Below are positions 45,561 through 57,066 of a stretch of DNA of 64,000 nucleotides, one piece after another (position 1 is the stretch's first letter; each line of letters opens with the position of its first letter). A model generated the notes under the pieces. That model worked only from the letters and a program-made list of their open reading frames with translations. It was not told the DNA's origin and did no database searches. The position numbers and the translations under genes were made by a program. The stretch is from Escherichia coli O127:H6 str. E2348/69 (GTDB lineage Bacteria; Pseudomonadota; Gammaproteobacteria; Enterobacterales; Enterobacteriaceae): the NCBI RefSeq assembly GCF_000026545.1, contig NC_011601.1. One strand, given 5' to 3'.

Positions 45561-47499
45561 CCTGCCAGACAGCCGTAATCACTGGGTTATCCTCTCCAGC
45601 GAATGGGGGAATGGCGTGCCACTCCCCAGCAGGTAAAACAATCTCTGTTACCTCAAGCGTGGCGTTAATTGCGATCAAAAAGCGATCCGAGAGCAGAATT
45701 TGCAGCTGTTTCGGCCCGTTTTGCCACTCATCCGTGCTTAAAGGTTGAGCATATCGATTTAGCCAACGGACATTGCCGTCGCCTTCTTCCCACCAGCGAT
45801 TCTCCATCAAAGCGGGAATGCGCTTGCGCAGATGGATTAACGCGGCGGTAAATGCGGTTAAACCACTGCTTGCCTGCGACCAGTCCAACCAGGTTAATTG
45901 GTTATCCTGACAGTAGGCATTGTTATTGCCATGCTGGCTGTGACCATGTTCGTCACCGGCCAGTAACATCGGCGTACCCTGGGAGAGCAACAACGTTGTT
46001 AACAGGGCGTGAATGCTGTCGCGCCGCCGTTCAACCAGATCAAGAGTACCGCCTAACCCTTCTTTACCATGATTGTTACTGTAATTGTTGTTGGTCCCGT
46101 CGCGATTTTCTTCTCCGTTTGCTTCATTGTGTTTATGGTTGAAGCAAACGCAGTCGCGAAGCGTAAAACCGTCATGCGCGGTGACGAGATTAATCGCGGC
46201 ACTCGGCAGACGACCATTACGTTTAAAAACATCGCTGGAGGCAGCAAAACGCCCGGCAAACACTCCCAGAGGTAAATCATAATGCAGCCAGAAACGACGG
46301 GCTGCATCGCGGAAATGATCGTTCCACTCGGCAAACAGCGGCGGGAAATTTCCCACCTGATAACCACCAGGAGCGATATCCCACGGTTCAGCAATTAACT
46401 TCACCTGCGAGAGCACCGGGCAGTTCTGGATAGCGGTAAACAACGGCGCATCCTGACGAAACTCTGGCGTACGGCCCATGACTGCCGCCAGATCAAAGCG
46501 GAAACCATCGACGTGGCAGGTTTCTACCCAATAACGCAGGCAGGCGCTGGCATAATCTACCACCGCCGGATGACTCAAATTGAGCGTGTTACCACAACCG
46601 GTCCAGTTGTGATAATCGCCGTCTTCTCTTATCCAATAATAGCTACGGTTGTCGATCCCACGCAGCGAGAATAACGGGCCGTCGAGGTCCAGTTCCGCAC
46701 TATGGTTGAGCACGATATCAAGAATGACTTCGATACCCGCTTTATGCAGTGCTTTGATTGCATCGCGAAACTCATCCAGCGCCGTTTCTGGCGAGCAGGC
46801 ATACGCCGGATGCAGCGCAAACATCGCCACCGGGTTGTAACCCCAGTAGTTACTAAGCCCCATACGTTGCAGACGTGGTTCGCTGGCAAATTGTGCCACC
46901 GGCAGCAGTTCCAGCGCTGTAATGCCCAACTGTTTCAAATAGTTGATCATCACCGGATGCCCCAGGGCTTTATAAGTGCCACGGATCTCGACCGGGATCT
47001 CCGGGTGCAGATACGTTAATCCTTTGACATGGGCTTCATAAATGATGGTGCTGCCCCACGGCGTGCGCGGCGGGGCATCATCCTCCCAGTCATAGTGATC
47101 AACCACCACTACGCATTTCGGCGCAATGGCGGCGTTGTCGCGATAGTCAGGTTCATTATGACCGGCGTGCAGCAGCGGGTTATCTTTAAACTCCCCGTCA
47201 ATTTGCCGCGCGCAAGGATCAATCAACAACTTCGCCGGGTTAAAGCGATGCCCCTCGGCGGGTTGCCAGGGGCCATGAACGCGATAACCATAACGCAAAC
47301 CCGGGCGCGCATCCGGCAGATAACCGTGCCAAATGTCGCCACTGTGCCCTGGCAAGTCATAGCGATGTTCCTGGCCATTGGCATCAAAGACACACAGCTC
47401 TACCCGCTCGGCATGAGCGGAGAAAAGTGTGAAGTTGACGCCCTGACCGTCGTAATGCGCGCCGAGGGGAGTGGGTTTGCCAATGGCGAGTTGTGTCAT
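45526..47499 (-). CDS. glgX: Glycogen debranching enzyme
   Basis: 657 aa, [41 protein letters not shown]13. Confidence 0.95.
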
Positions 47500-49682
47500 T
47501 CTGCCTCCCGAACCAGCCAGATAGTGGCCAGAGGTGGTAGCGTCAGGCTCAGTGAATGCTGACGACCGTGGCTGGCAATCTCATCGCTGTGTACTGCGCC
47601 GCCATTGCCTGCATTACTGCCGTGATAGTGCATGGAATCGGTATTGAGGATTTCACGCCATTTACCCGGCTGGTTAATACCGAAGCGATAATCATGACGC
47701 GGCACCGGTGTAAAGTTACTGGCAACGATGATTTCGTTACCCTCTTTATCGCGACGCACAAAGATCAGCACCGAGCGTTCTTTGTCATCCACCACCAGCC
47801 ATTCAAAGCCGTACGGGTCAAAATCCAGTTCATGCATTGCTTTATGGTGGCGGTAGGTGTGGTTCAGATCGCGCACCAGACGCTGGACACCGTGGTGCCA
47901 GTTATCGCCGCCTTCCAACAGATGCCAGTCGAGGCTGGCGTCATGGTTCCACTCGCGGCCCTGGGCAAATTCGTTCCCCATGAACAGTAGTTTCTTGCCC
48001 GGGAATGCCCACATCCAGCCGTAGTAGGCGCGCAGGTTAGCGAATTTCTGCCATGCGTCGCCCGGCATCCGGTCGAGAATCGATTTTTTACCGTGGACCA
48101 CTTCATCATGCGACAACGGCAGGACGAAGTTTTCAGTGTAGTTGTAGAGCATCCCGAAGGTCAGTTTATCGTGATGATACTGACGATAAACCGGGTCGAG
48201 CTTCATGTAGTCCAGGGTGTCATGCATCCAGCCTAGGTTCCACTTGTACCAGAAGCCCAGACCGCCCATGTCCTGCGGACGAGAAACGCCAGGGAAATCG
48301 GTAGACTCCTCCGCCATTGTCACTGCACCGGAAACCTGCTCACCAAGAATACGGTTGGTATTACGCAAGAATTCAATCGCTTCAAGATTCTCGCGACCGC
48401 CAAATTCGTTCGGGATCCACTCCCCCTCTTTACGGCTGTAGTCGCGATAAATCATTGACGCTACCGCATCGACGCGCAGCGCATCAATACCAAAACGTTC
48501 AATCCAGTAAAGCGCGTTACCGACAAGGAAGTTACTGACTTCACGGCGACCATAGTTGTAGATCAGCGTGTTCCAGTCCTGATGATAGCCTTCGCGCGGA
48601 TCGCTGTGTTCATACAAGTTCGTGCCATCAAATTCGGCAAGCGCAAAGTCATCGGTCGGGAAGTGGCCTGGCACCCAGTCGAGAATCACGTTCAGACCAG
48701 CTGCGTGTGCGGCATCAATGAAATAACGGAAGTCGTCGCGAGTACCAAAACGGCGGGTCGGTGCATACAGGCCGGTTGGCTGATAACCCCAACTGCCATC
48801 GAAGGGATGCTCGTTAATGGGCAGTAGCTCGAGATGGGTAAAGCCCATCCATTTAGCATAAGGCACCAGTTGATCGGCCAGCTCGCGGTAGCTCAACCAG
48901 AAATTGTTGTCGGTGTGACGACGCCAGGAGCCCAGGTGAACTTCATAAATAGAGATTGGCGCATCAAACTGATTCGCTTTTTTGCGCTCTTCAGTCTGCA
49001 CAACCTTTTCCGGCAGCCCGCAAATAAGAGACGCGGTTTCCGGGCGCATTTGCGCTTCGAAGGCATAAGGGTCGGACTTCAGACGCAAGTTGCCATTGGC
49101 ATCAATCATCTCGTATTTATAGAGCTGACCGTTATGCGCCCCAGGGATAAACAGTTCCCAGATTCCGCTCTCTTTACGCAGGCGCATCGGATGACGGCGA
49201 CCGTCCCAGTAGTTGAATTGCCCAACCACCGAGACCCGACGGGCGTTTGGAGCCCAGACAGAAAAACGCGTACCTGTGACGCCATCCATAGTATCTGCAT
49301 GCGCGCCTAAGGTTTCATACGGACGTAGGTGAGTACCTTCAGATAATAGCCAGGCATCCATTTCCTGGATTAGCGGGCCAAAACGGTAAGGATCATCAAT
49401 CAGGTTTTGCTGACCATGCCAGACAACAGCCAACTGATAGCGGAAAAAATTCTTACGTCGCGGAATGACACCGCTAAAGAATCCCCGTGAGTCGAGACAC
49501 TCCAGTTTTGCGAGTTTGCGCCCGGTTTTCGGTTCAATCACCCACACATCGGTAGCGTCGGGTAAAAGGGCACGGACTTCCAGTCCCGCGGTGGTTTTAT
49601 GCATCCCCAGTACGGAAAAAGGATCCGCAAAATGGCCTGCAATTAGCGCGTTAATCACGTCTCTATCGATACGATCGGACAT
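47496..49682 (-). CDS. glgB: 1,4-alpha-glucan branching enzyme
   Basis: 728 aa, [28 protein letters not shown]; stop overlaps the glgX start. Confidence 0.95.
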   Translation of the reverse strand: MSDRIDRDVINALIAGHFADPFSVLGMHKTTAGLEVRALLPDATDVWVIEPKTGRKLAKLECLDSRGFFSGVIPRRKNFFRYQLAVVWHGQQNLIDDPYRFGPLIQEMDAWLLSEGTHLRPYETLGAHADTMDGVTGTRFSVWAPNARRVSVVGQFNYWDGRRHPMRLRKESGIWELFIPGAHNGQLYKYEMIDANGNLRLKSDPYAFEAQMRPETASLICGLPEKVVQTEERKKANQFDAPISIYEVHLGSWRRHTDNNFWLSYRELADQLVPYAKWMGFTHLELLPINEHPFDGSWGYQPTGLYAPTRRFGTRDDFRYFIDAAHAAGLNVILDWVPGHFPTDDFALAEFDGTNLYEHSDPREGYHQDWNTLIYNYGRREVSNFLVGNALYWIERFGIDALRVDAVASMIYRDYSRKEGEWIPNEFGGRENLEAIEFLRNTNRILGEQVSGAVTMAEESTDFPGVSRPQDMGGLGFWYKWNLGWMHDTLDYMKLDPVYRQYHHDKLTFGMLYNYTENFVLPLSHDEVVHGKKSILDRMPGDAWQKFANLRAYYGWMWAFPGKKLLFMGNEFAQGREWNHDASLDWHLLEGGDNWHHGVQRLVRDLNHTYRHHKAMHELDFDPYGFEWLVVDDKERSVLIFVRRDKEGNEIIVASNFTPVPRHDYRFGINQPGKWREILNTDSMHYHGSNAGNGGAVHSDEIASHGRQHSLSLTLPPLATIWLVREAE

Positions 49683-49954
49683 GCTTGTCTTCCTGTTTTA
49701 TTGTGTCACCCCATCCAACTGAATTTTTGACTTCTGGTTGTGACATTTTTTTGACCTGAACGGCGCAGCACTCTGTGCATCCTCTCTGCGTCGTCCTCAC
49801 TTCAGGTAAGGCTGTGAATACTCGTGTATTCCGCCACCCTTAAAGAATAGCCAATGCTCTATTTAACTCCCGGTAAATCATGAAACATCTGCGCTTACTC
49901 CTGTATTACGCACTAGCAGGGGCGGCATCGCGCCCCAGATTTAATGAATAAAGA

Positions 49955-51058
49955 TTACGCCAGTTGACGAAGCATCCGACGCAGCGGCTCCGCGGCCCCC
50001 CACAGCAGCTGGTCGCCCACGGTAAAGGCTGACAGGAACTCTGGTCCCATATTCAGCTTACGCAGACGGCCTACCGGCGTGGTCAGCGTGCCGGTAACGG
50101 CAGCTGGGGTTAGCTCACGCATAGTGATTTCCCGATCGTTCGGAACAACTTTCGCCCACGGATTGTGCGCAGCCAGCAGTTCTTCCACGGTCGGAATAGA
50201 CACATCTTTTTTCAATTTAATAGTGAATGCCTGGCTGTGGCAGCGCAATGCCCCGACACGCACACATAAACCATCTACCGGAATTACGGAAGATGTGTTG
50301 AGGATCTTGTTGGTTTCCGCCTGCCCTTTCCACTCTTCGCGGCTCTGACCGTTATCAAGCTGTTTGTCGATCCACGGAATCAGGCTACCCGCCAGCGGCA
50401 CGCCAAAGTTATCTACCGGCAGCTCACCGCTACGGGTTAAGGTTGTGACTTTGCGTTCGATATCGAGAATAGCAGAAGACGGGTTCGCGAGTTCATCTGC
50501 CACATGGCCATACAGATGGCCCATTTGGGTTAATAACTCACGCATATGTCGCGCACCACCGCCGGAAGCGGCCTGGTAGGTTGCAACGGACACCCAATCA
50601 ACAAGATCATTGGCGAATAAACCACCCAGCGACATCAACATCAGGCTTACGGTACAGTTACCGCCAACAAAAGTCCTGATACCATTATTTAATCCGTCGG
50701 TAATGACGTCCTGATTGACGGGGTCAAGAATGATGATGGCGTCATCTTTCATGCGCAGAGATGATGCTGCGTCAATCCAGTAACCTTGCCATCCGCTTTC
50801 ACGAAGCTTTGGATAGATTTCGTTGGTATAATCGCCGCCCTGACAGGTCACAATGATATCGAGGGCCTTTAGCGCCTCCAGATCAAAGGCATCCTGAAGT
50901 GTGCCAGTGGTTCCGCCAAAAGACGGCGCAGCCTGACCAAGCTGAGAAGTAGAAAAGAAGACAGGGCGAATGGCGTCGAAGTCGCGCTCTTCAACCATGC
51001 GTTGCATGAGAACGGAGCCGACCATACCGCGCCAGCCGATAAAACCAACATTTTTCAT
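49955..51058 (-). CDS. asd: Aspartate-semialdehyde dehydrogenase
   Basis: 367 aa from [21 protein letters not shown]. Track ORF has a 20-codon upstream extension. Confidence 0.93.
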   Translation of the reverse strand: MKNVGFIGWRGMVGSVLMQRMVEERDFDAIRPVFFSTSQLGQAAPSFGGTTGTLQDAFDLEALKALDIIVTCQGGDYTNEIYPKLRESGWQGYWIDAASSLRMKDDAIIILDPVNQDVITDGLNNGIRTFVGGNCTVSLMLMSLGGLFANDLVDWVSVATYQAASGGGARHMRELLTQMGHLYGHVADELANPSSAILDIERKVTTLTRSGELPVDNFGVPLAGSLIPWIDKQLDNGQSREEWKGQAETNKILNTSSVIPVDGLCVRVGALRCHSQAFTIKLKKDVSIPTVEELLAAHNPWAKVVPNDREITMRELTPAAVTGTLTTPVGRLRKLNMGPEFLSAFTVGDQLLWGAAEPLRRMLRQLA

Positions 51059-51249
51059 AAGCGTTTTTTCCTGCAAAGATGTGTGCTGTATAAATGTGCC
51101 GGTCTCCTCCTGGCACATCTTTCACCATACAAAAAGCAGCCAAAGTCGCAAGTGAAATTAATCAATGATAGCGAAGCCATCAGTAATGCGACTTATCCTG
51201 CTTTGTTAGCACGCAGAAAGTCCGCGGCAATTATCAGGGAATTTGAGTT

Positions 51250-51843
51250 ATGAATGAAATCATTTCTGCAACAGTTTTATTGATCCTGATTATGGATCCG
51301 CTCGGAAACCTACCTATTTTCATGTCCGTACTGAAACATACTGAACCGAAAAGACGGCGGGCAATCATGGTGCGAGAGTTGCTTATTGCTCTCCTTGTGA
51401 TGCTGGTGTTCCTGTTTGCGGGCGAGAAAATTCTGGCATTTCTTAGCCTGCGGGCAGAAACCGTCTCCATTTCTGGCGGCATCATTCTGTTTCTGATCGC
51501 CATTAAGATGATTTTCCCCAGCGCTTCAGGAAATAGCAGCGGGCTTCCGGCAGGTGAAGAGCCATTTATCGTGCCGTTGGCAATTCCGTTAGTCGCCGGG
51601 CCGACTATTCTCGCCACGCTGATGTTGTTGTCTCATCAGTACCCGAATCAGATGGGGCATCTGGTAATTGCTCTGCTACTGGCCTGGGGCGGCACCTTTG
51701 TCATCCTGCTACAGTCTTCGCTATTTTTACGTCTGCTGGGCGAGAAAGGGGTGAACGCACTTGAACGCCTGATGGGATTAATTCTGGTGATGATGGCAAC
51801 TCAGATGTTCCTCGACGGCATTCGAATGTGGATGAAGGGGTAA
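51250..51843 (+). CDS. yhgN: MarC-family inner-membrane protein YhgN
   Basis: 197 aa, MNEIISATVLLILIMDPLGNLPIFMSVL. Confidence 0.88.
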   Translation: MNEIISATVLLILIMDPLGNLPIFMSVLKHTEPKRRRAIMVRELLIALLVMLVFLFAGEKILAFLSLRAETVSISGGIILFLIAIKMIFPSASGNSSGLPAGEEPFIVPLAIPLVAGPTILATLMLLSHQYPNQMGHLVIALLLAWGGTFVILLQSSLFLRLLGEKGVNALERLMGLILVMMATQMFLDGIRMWMKG

Positions 51844-51852
51844 CGAGGAGAG

Positions 51853-51890
51853 TTTTTCGAAAAGAGCCCGGTAGCGTCAGAACTACCGGG
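51853..51890 (-). terminator. Terminator hairpin downstream of gntU
   Basis: CCCGGTAG-CGTCAGAA-CTACCGGG; on the minus strand it is followed by CTCTTTTCGAAAAA. Confidence 0.6.
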
Positions 51891-51899
51891 TAAACAAAC

Positions 51900-53240
51900 T
51901 TAACTCAACAGCTGGAACGCAATCATCCCAACGATGGCACCGACAGTGCCGAGGATGGTTTCCATCATGGTCCAGGTTTTAAGCGTTTCGGCTTCGGTCG
52001 CGCCGGTAAATTTACCGAACAACCAGAAACCCGCGTCGTTAACGTGGCTGACAACAATCGAACCACCGGCGATACAAATCGACAGCGCCGCCATTTGCGC
52101 ACCGGAGTAGTTCAGTTGTTCAATGACCGGCATTACCAATCCCACCGCCGTTAAACAGGCAACGGTGGCAGAACCCTGAATGATGCGCACTGCAGCTGCC
52201 AGCACGAAGCAGGTGATGGCAATCGGCAGGCCCATGCCGGTTAACGCTTCGCCCAGTGCCGGACCGACACCAGAGTCAACCAGCACCTGTTTGAACACGC
52301 CGCCCGCACCAATCACCAGCAGAATGATCCCCGCCGGTTGCAGCGCGTGACCGCAAATCTCCATCACTTTGTCTTTTGGCATACCCTGACGCATTGCCAG
52401 ACCGTAAATCGCCACCAGGCAAGCAACCAGAATCGCGGTAAACGGATGACCAATAAACTCGAACCATTCGTAAGCAGTAGAGCCTTCTGGCACAAAACGC
52501 GCGGCAATGGTTTTCAGCCCCACCAGCACCAGTGGCAACAGGATCAGCGACAGGCTGAATCCGAAGGACGGCATTTTGCCTTCGCCGAGATGCGGTTCGC
52601 TGATGTCGTCAGGAATATGCAACTCCACGTAGCGGCTGATGAAATTACCCCACAGCGGCCCGGCAATAATCATTCCCGGAATTGCCGCGCACAGGCCAAT
52701 CAGGATCATCCAGCCAAAATCGGCATTCATCTGCGATGCCAGCAGCATTGGCGCTGGCCCAGGCACCAGGAACGCAGCCGCTGCCGCCACGCCTGCAAAT
52801 AATGGGATTACCAGCTTCACCAGGTTCGTGCCGGTGTGGCGCGCCATTGAGAAAGCAACGCTAATCAGCAGAACAATCGCCACTTCAAAGAACAGCGGTA
52901 GCGCACAAACCAGCCCCGCAAGGCCGATAGCATAATGCACGCGGCTGTGACCGAAGGATTTGAGCATTTTGACGGCAATCTGATCGACCGCGCCGGTTTC
53001 ATGTAAGATCTTACCAAACATGGCTCCCAGAGCGACAACCACCGCCAGGAAGCCGAGGGTGCCTCCCATCCCTTTTTCCATCGTCGCTGCGATTTTATCG
53101 AGCGGCATACCGGAAAAAAGGCCAGCCCCCATGGACACCACCATTAAAGCCAGGAAAGCGTGCATACGCGCCTTCATGACTAAAAACAGCAGCAGTAAAA
53201 CAGACCCTACTGCTGTTAAAACAAGCGTTAATGTAGTCAC
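51900..53240 (-). CDS. gntU: Low-affinity gluconate transporter GntU
   Basis: 446 aa GntP-family permease, paralogous to gntT in this window. Confidence 0.93.
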   Translation of the reverse strand: MTTLTLVLTAVGSVLLLLFLVMKARMHAFLALMVVSMGAGLFSGMPLDKIAATMEKGMGGTLGFLAVVVALGAMFGKILHETGAVDQIAVKMLKSFGHSRVHYAIGLAGLVCALPLFFEVAIVLLISVAFSMARHTGTNLVKLVIPLFAGVAAAAAFLVPGPAPMLLASQMNADFGWMILIGLCAAIPGMIIAGPLWGNFISRYVELHIPDDISEPHLGEGKMPSFGFSLSLILLPLVLVGLKTIAARFVPEGSTAYEWFEFIGHPFTAILVACLVAIYGLAMRQGMPKDKVMEICGHALQPAGIILLVIGAGGVFKQVLVDSGVGPALGEALTGMGLPIAITCFVLAAAVRIIQGSATVACLTAVGLVMPVIEQLNYSGAQMAALSICIAGGSIVVSHVNDAGFWLFGKFTGATEAETLKTWTMMETILGTVGAIVGMIAFQLLS

Positions 53241-53243
53241 TAC

Positions 53244-53771
53244 TTATTTGCCTTTTTTAATAACCTCAATGGTGCTTGCCACAACACCTTCCAGCGGTTG
53301 ATCAATATCCACCACCAGTACATCGGTTTCGTCCGCACCCGGCTCCTGCAGCGTTTCAAACTGCGTCACCAGCATTTGGGTTTTAAAGAAATGGCCTTTG
53401 CGCGCTTTCAGGCGGCTTTCAATCACATCAAAATCGCCTTTCAGGTAGATGAAAGAGAGATTAGGATTACCTTCACGCAGCAAGTCGCGATAGTGTTTTT
53501 TCAGTGCAGAACAGACGATCAGCGATACTTTATTGGTGCGCTGCATAGCAAACGCGGCGTCGTTCAGCGCCTGCAACCACGGTTTGCGATCGTCGTCATT
53601 CAGCGGTTCGCCAGACGCCATTTTTTCGATATTGCAGCGCGGATGGAGGAAATCGCCATCAAGAAACGCGGCATGAAGTTGATGCGCCACTTCACTGGCG
53701 ACCGCAGATTTGCCGCTGCCCGATACGCCCATCAAGACGTAAATGTGGTGATCATGGTTAGTCGTGCTCAA
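53244..53771 (-). CDS. gntK: Thermoresistant gluconokinase
   Basis: 175 aa from a TTG start (STTNHDHHIYVLMGVSGSGKSAVA, P-loop). Track ORF extends 7 codons upstream. Confidence 0.88.
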   Translation of the reverse strand: MSTTNHDHHIYVLMGVSGSGKSAVASEVAHQLHAAFLDGDFLHPRCNIEKMASGEPLNDDDRKPWLQALNDAAFAMQRTNKVSLIVCSALKKHYRDLLREGNPNLSFIYLKGDFDVIESRLKARKGHFFKTQMLVTQFETLQEPGADETDVLVVDIDQPLEGVVASTIEVIKKGK

Positions 53772-53800
53772 AGTGGTGCCCCCACAATACAAGAATTAAA

Positions 53801-53831
53801 AATGTTACGGGTAACTGTTATCGGTAACATT
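53801..53831 (-). promoter_or_regulatory. GntR operator(s) in the gntKU promoter
   Basis: AATGTTACGGGTAACTGTTATCGGTAACATT; two overlapping GntR-type ATGTTAC...GTAACAT palindromes. Confidence 0.65.
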
Positions 53832-53909
53832 GTCCAGCCGGACAATATCAGAAGCAATATCCATCCGTGCCTTAAGTGTATAAGTGTGAGCTACTTCAAA
53901 TTTGTAGGC

Positions 53910-54905
53910 TTAAATAGATCCGCCCGGTGACAAGGTGAAACCTAAATCTAACATTTTCGGTGTCACAGATTCGCCACGAATACGCGCCAGCAGGCGCTCA
54001 GCGCCAATGCTGCCCATCCGCTCACGCGGCGTCAGCACACTCGCTAGCCGTGGCTCCATCACCTGACCAATGTCATGACCGTGGAAACCGGCAATCGCCA
54101 TATCGTCAGGAACTTTCAACCCCAGACGCTGACATTCAAACGCCGCGCCGACCGCCAGGTCATCATTAGTACAGAACACGCCATCCAGCTGCGGATATTC
54201 CCGCCGCGCCTGGCGAATCAGTTCAATACCGGAAGAGTAAGAAGAAGATTGCTCAACCATCACGCTATACGGCACCAGGCCTGCATCCAGCATCGCCTGT
54301 TCGTATCCCTTCTGTTTGATGATAGTACGTTCGTCGAGGCGTGCGCCGAGATAGGCAATGTGGCGATGCCCGCGAGCAATAATGGCGGTGGTCATCTGGC
54401 GTGCCGCTTCAAAGTTATCAAAACCGACGGCGATATCGAGGCACGGCGACTTACTGTCCATCAACTCCACCACCGGAATCCCCGCCACTTCAATCATCTT
54501 TAAGGTACGCGGCGTGTGGGTACGTTCGGTGAGGATCAGGCCGTCGATATTCCATGAGAGCATTGATTCGAGGCGTTCTTGCTCCATTTCCGGTTTATAA
54601 CCGTAGTGCGCCAGCATGGTTTGATAACCGTGCGCGTCGGTGACGCTTTCGATTCCGCGTAATACTTCCGCGAAAACCTGGTTGGTGAGAGAAGGTAACA
54701 GGACGCCAATCGCCCGGCTGGTGGCGTTAGAGAGTATATCGGGCGCGCGATTGGGAATATAACCCAGTTCATCAAGAGCGGCGGCAATCTTGCCGCGTAG
54801 AGCGACGGAAACCTGCTCCGGGTTGCGTAAAAAACGGCTGACCGTCATTTTGGTCACGCCTACACGGTCAGCCACATCCTGAAGTACGGGTCTTTTCTTT
54901 TTCAT
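53910..54905 (-). CDS. gntR: LacI-family gluconate repressor GntR
   Basis: 331 aa, MKKKRPVLQDVADRVGVTKMTVSRFL (LacI-type HTH). Confidence 0.93.
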   Translation of the reverse strand: MKKKRPVLQDVADRVGVTKMTVSRFLRNPEQVSVALRGKIAAALDELGYIPNRAPDILSNATSRAIGVLLPSLTNQVFAEVLRGIESVTDAHGYQTMLAHYGYKPEMEQERLESMLSWNIDGLILTERTHTPRTLKMIEVAGIPVVELMDSKSPCLDIAVGFDNFEAARQMTTAIIARGHRHIAYLGARLDERTIIKQKGYEQAMLDAGLVPYSVMVEQSSSYSSGIELIRQARREYPQLDGVFCTNDDLAVGAAFECQRLGLKVPDDMAIAGFHGHDIGQVMEPRLASVLTPRERMGSIGAERLLARIRGESVTPKMLDLGFTLSPGGSI

Positions 54906-54997
54906 CGTCCTGAAGGTACAAAAGAGATAGATTCTCTTAGTTTAACACGGACGCATCACAACCTTCCCGATTCCTCAGGAAGGTTTGTGAGATAAAT

Positions 54998-55693
54998 TTA
55001 GACTGGCGGTAAATCGAACAGCAGGATTTCACTGTCGCTATCAGCATGGATGGAAATCGCCTGCTCATCCCAGATTGCCAGACCATCGCTGGTCGAGGCT
55101 TTCACGCCGTTAATGGTGACATTGCCTTTCACCACCTGGATCCAGACGCGGCGTTCAGCGGCAATCTGATGCACCGACTGCTCATCTTTCACCAGCGCCC
55201 AACGATACAGTTCCATATCCTGATGCACTTTCAATGAACCATCACGCGCATCCGGCGAAAGCACCAGTTGTTTGCCCTGCACGGCATCGAAGCGACGCTG
55301 TTCATAACGCGGCGTAATGCCGTTTTCTTCAGGCATGATCCAGATCTGATACAGATGCAGACGCTCGGTGCTGCTTGGGTTGTACTCTGAGTGACGAATA
55401 CCCGTACCCGCACTCATAATCTGGAACTCGCCCGTCGGAACCTGCTCTTTATTGCCCATGCTGTCCTGGTGCTCAACAGTACCTTCCAGCACGTAGGTCA
55501 AAATTTCCATATCTTTATGCGGGTGAGTGCCGAAGCCCTGCCCTGCTTCAATCACGTCGTCGTTAATCACGCGCAGCGCAGAGAAGCCCATAAAGTTCGG
55601 ATCGTAATAGTTGGCAAAAGAGAAAGTATGCCAGGAGTCCAGCCAGCCATGATTTGCATGACCGCGTTCATTTGCTTTGCGTAAGTAGATCAT
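54998..55693 (-). CDS. yhhW: Pirin-like cupin (quercetin 2,3-dioxygenase) YhhW
   Basis: 231 aa, MIYLRKANERGHANHGWLDSWHTFSFANYYDP; His-rich metal site GFGTHPHKDMEI. Confidence 0.9.
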   Translation of the reverse strand: MIYLRKANERGHANHGWLDSWHTFSFANYYDPNFMGFSALRVINDDVIEAGQGFGTHPHKDMEILTYVLEGTVEHQDSMGNKEQVPTGEFQIMSAGTGIRHSEYNPSSTERLHLYQIWIMPEENGITPRYEQRRFDAVQGKQLVLSPDARDGSLKVHQDMELYRWALVKDEQSVHQIAAERRVWIQVVKGNVTINGVKASTSDGLAIWDEQAISIHADSDSEILLFDLPPV

Positions 55694-55815
55694 TTGTATT
55701 CGCCCCCTGAATGATTTCGATGGGCTTAGTGTGGACCCGATCCGCCTGGGATGATAGAGGGTGAAAATTGACCCCTCTGTTCAAAAAAATTGAACTATTC
55801 GAGGGGCCATCAAAC

Positions 55816-56853
55816 TTACCTCGCGAGAGTCACTGCGGAGGGAGAAGCTTGCTCAAAACCGCGTTCAAGGATTTCCAGATTCGTAAGAACTTCAGATTCC
55901 TTGACGTAATTTGGCGCACCGTTGGTAATGGTTTGATACAACGCATCATAAACGCGCCCATAATCGCCCATCTCTGGCTTCATCTCTTCTCTTACCGTCA
56001 CGCCCTCGTCATTGACATACTCCAGCACACCGACCGAATCATCCGCTGCGAATCCTGGTTCGCCCGGCATAATATTAGCCTTCAGGCTAGTTTCCTGCTG
56101 GTCGATACCGTATTTAATAAACGAACCTTTCTTACCGTGAACGATAAATTTCGGATAATCGATTTTCACCAGATGGCTGGTTTTGACGATGGCTTTTAGA
56201 TCGCCATAAAACAACTGCGCTTCAAAGGTGTCGTCCGGATTGGCTTTATTACGCAGGCTGCGGATGTCATAAGCGACGTGATCCGGGCGACCGAACAGAG
56301 AAATAATCTGGTCCATCGTATGCACACCAAGGCCATAGAACGCGCCATCCTGCGGTAGCCCCGGTTTGGTTTCTGCCACCGGGCGGTAATAGTCAAAATG
56401 GCTTTCCACTTCGACAATCTCTCCCAGCTTGCCGCTTTCAATCGCTTTTTTCGCTGTCAGGAAGCAGGAATCAAAGCGACGATTCTGATACGGCGTAACG
56501 ATCAGCCCTTTGCTTTTCGCCAGTGCAAACAGCTCTTTCGCCTGCGCAATTGTCGGAGTGAACGGTTTTTCGACCAGCACATTTTTCCCGGCTTCCAGCG
56601 CGCGCTTCGCGTACTCGAAGTGGCTGTCCGCGTGGGTGCAGACGACAACCAGCTTAACATCGGGATCGTTTAGCACTTCGTCGAGATCGCTGGTGAAATG
56701 GATATGGGAATAAATGGGGGCCTGTTCTTCCGGCTTCGCATGGCGGCGAAAAATATGCGCGACATGCCAGCTATCCTTGCGGTTAAGTACATACGGCAGA
56801 TGGTAACGGGTGGTGCTTTTGCCGAAGCCAATAAAGGCGCAGTTAATGACCAT
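55816..56853 (-). CDS. yhhX: Gfo/Idh/MocA-family NAD(P)-dependent oxidoreductase YhhX
   Basis: 345 aa, MVINCAFIGFGKSTTRYHLPYVL (Rossmann N-terminus). Confidence 0.9.
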   Translation of the reverse strand: MVINCAFIGFGKSTTRYHLPYVLNRKDSWHVAHIFRRHAKPEEQAPIYSHIHFTSDLDEVLNDPDVKLVVVCTHADSHFEYAKRALEAGKNVLVEKPFTPTIAQAKELFALAKSKGLIVTPYQNRRFDSCFLTAKKAIESGKLGEIVEVESHFDYYRPVAETKPGLPQDGAFYGLGVHTMDQIISLFGRPDHVAYDIRSLRNKANPDDTFEAQLFYGDLKAIVKTSHLVKIDYPKFIVHGKKGSFIKYGIDQQETSLKANIMPGEPGFAADDSVGVLEYVNDEGVTVREEMKPEMGDYGRVYDALYQTITNGAPNYVKESEVLTNLEILERGFEQASPSAVTLAR

Positions 56854-56971
56854 GATTTCGTCCTTTTTAAGGTGGTTATTTACACCTTAGCGCAAAGCGG
56901 ACGTGGTTCCTACTGGAGTGCGCATAACGAACACAAGCACTTCCCGAGGATAAATTGAGAACGAAAGGTCA

Positions 56972-57065
56972 AAAAAAAAGCCAGCACCCGGCTGGCTAAG
57001 TAATACTGGAAGCAATGTGAGCAATGTCGTGCTTTCAGGTTCTCCGCGAGGGTCTTCCTGATCGC
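56972..57065 (-). ncRNA. ryhB: RyhB iron-responsive small RNA
   Basis: Minus strand reads GCGATCAGGAAGACCCTCGCGGAGAACCTGAAAGCACGACATTGCTCACATTGCTTCCAGTATTACTTAGCCAGCCGGGTGCTGGCTTTTTTTTT, which I recognise as E. coli RyhB including its terminator hairpin; located between yhhX and yhhY as in K-12. Confidence 0.92.
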
Positions 57066-57066
57066 G

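Noticed and set aside
49683-49954. Possible asd terminator or small RNA in the glgB-asd spacer (GGGGCGGCATCGCGCCCC hairpin, 49921-49940).
   Set aside because: Hairpin is not followed by a convincing U-tract on either strand; most likely part of the glgB promoter region. Not enough support to call a feature.
56960-57000. Hairpin plus A-run upstream of yhhX, looked like an orphan terminator.
   Set aside because: Not orphan: it is the intrinsic terminator of the minus-strand RyhB sRNA.
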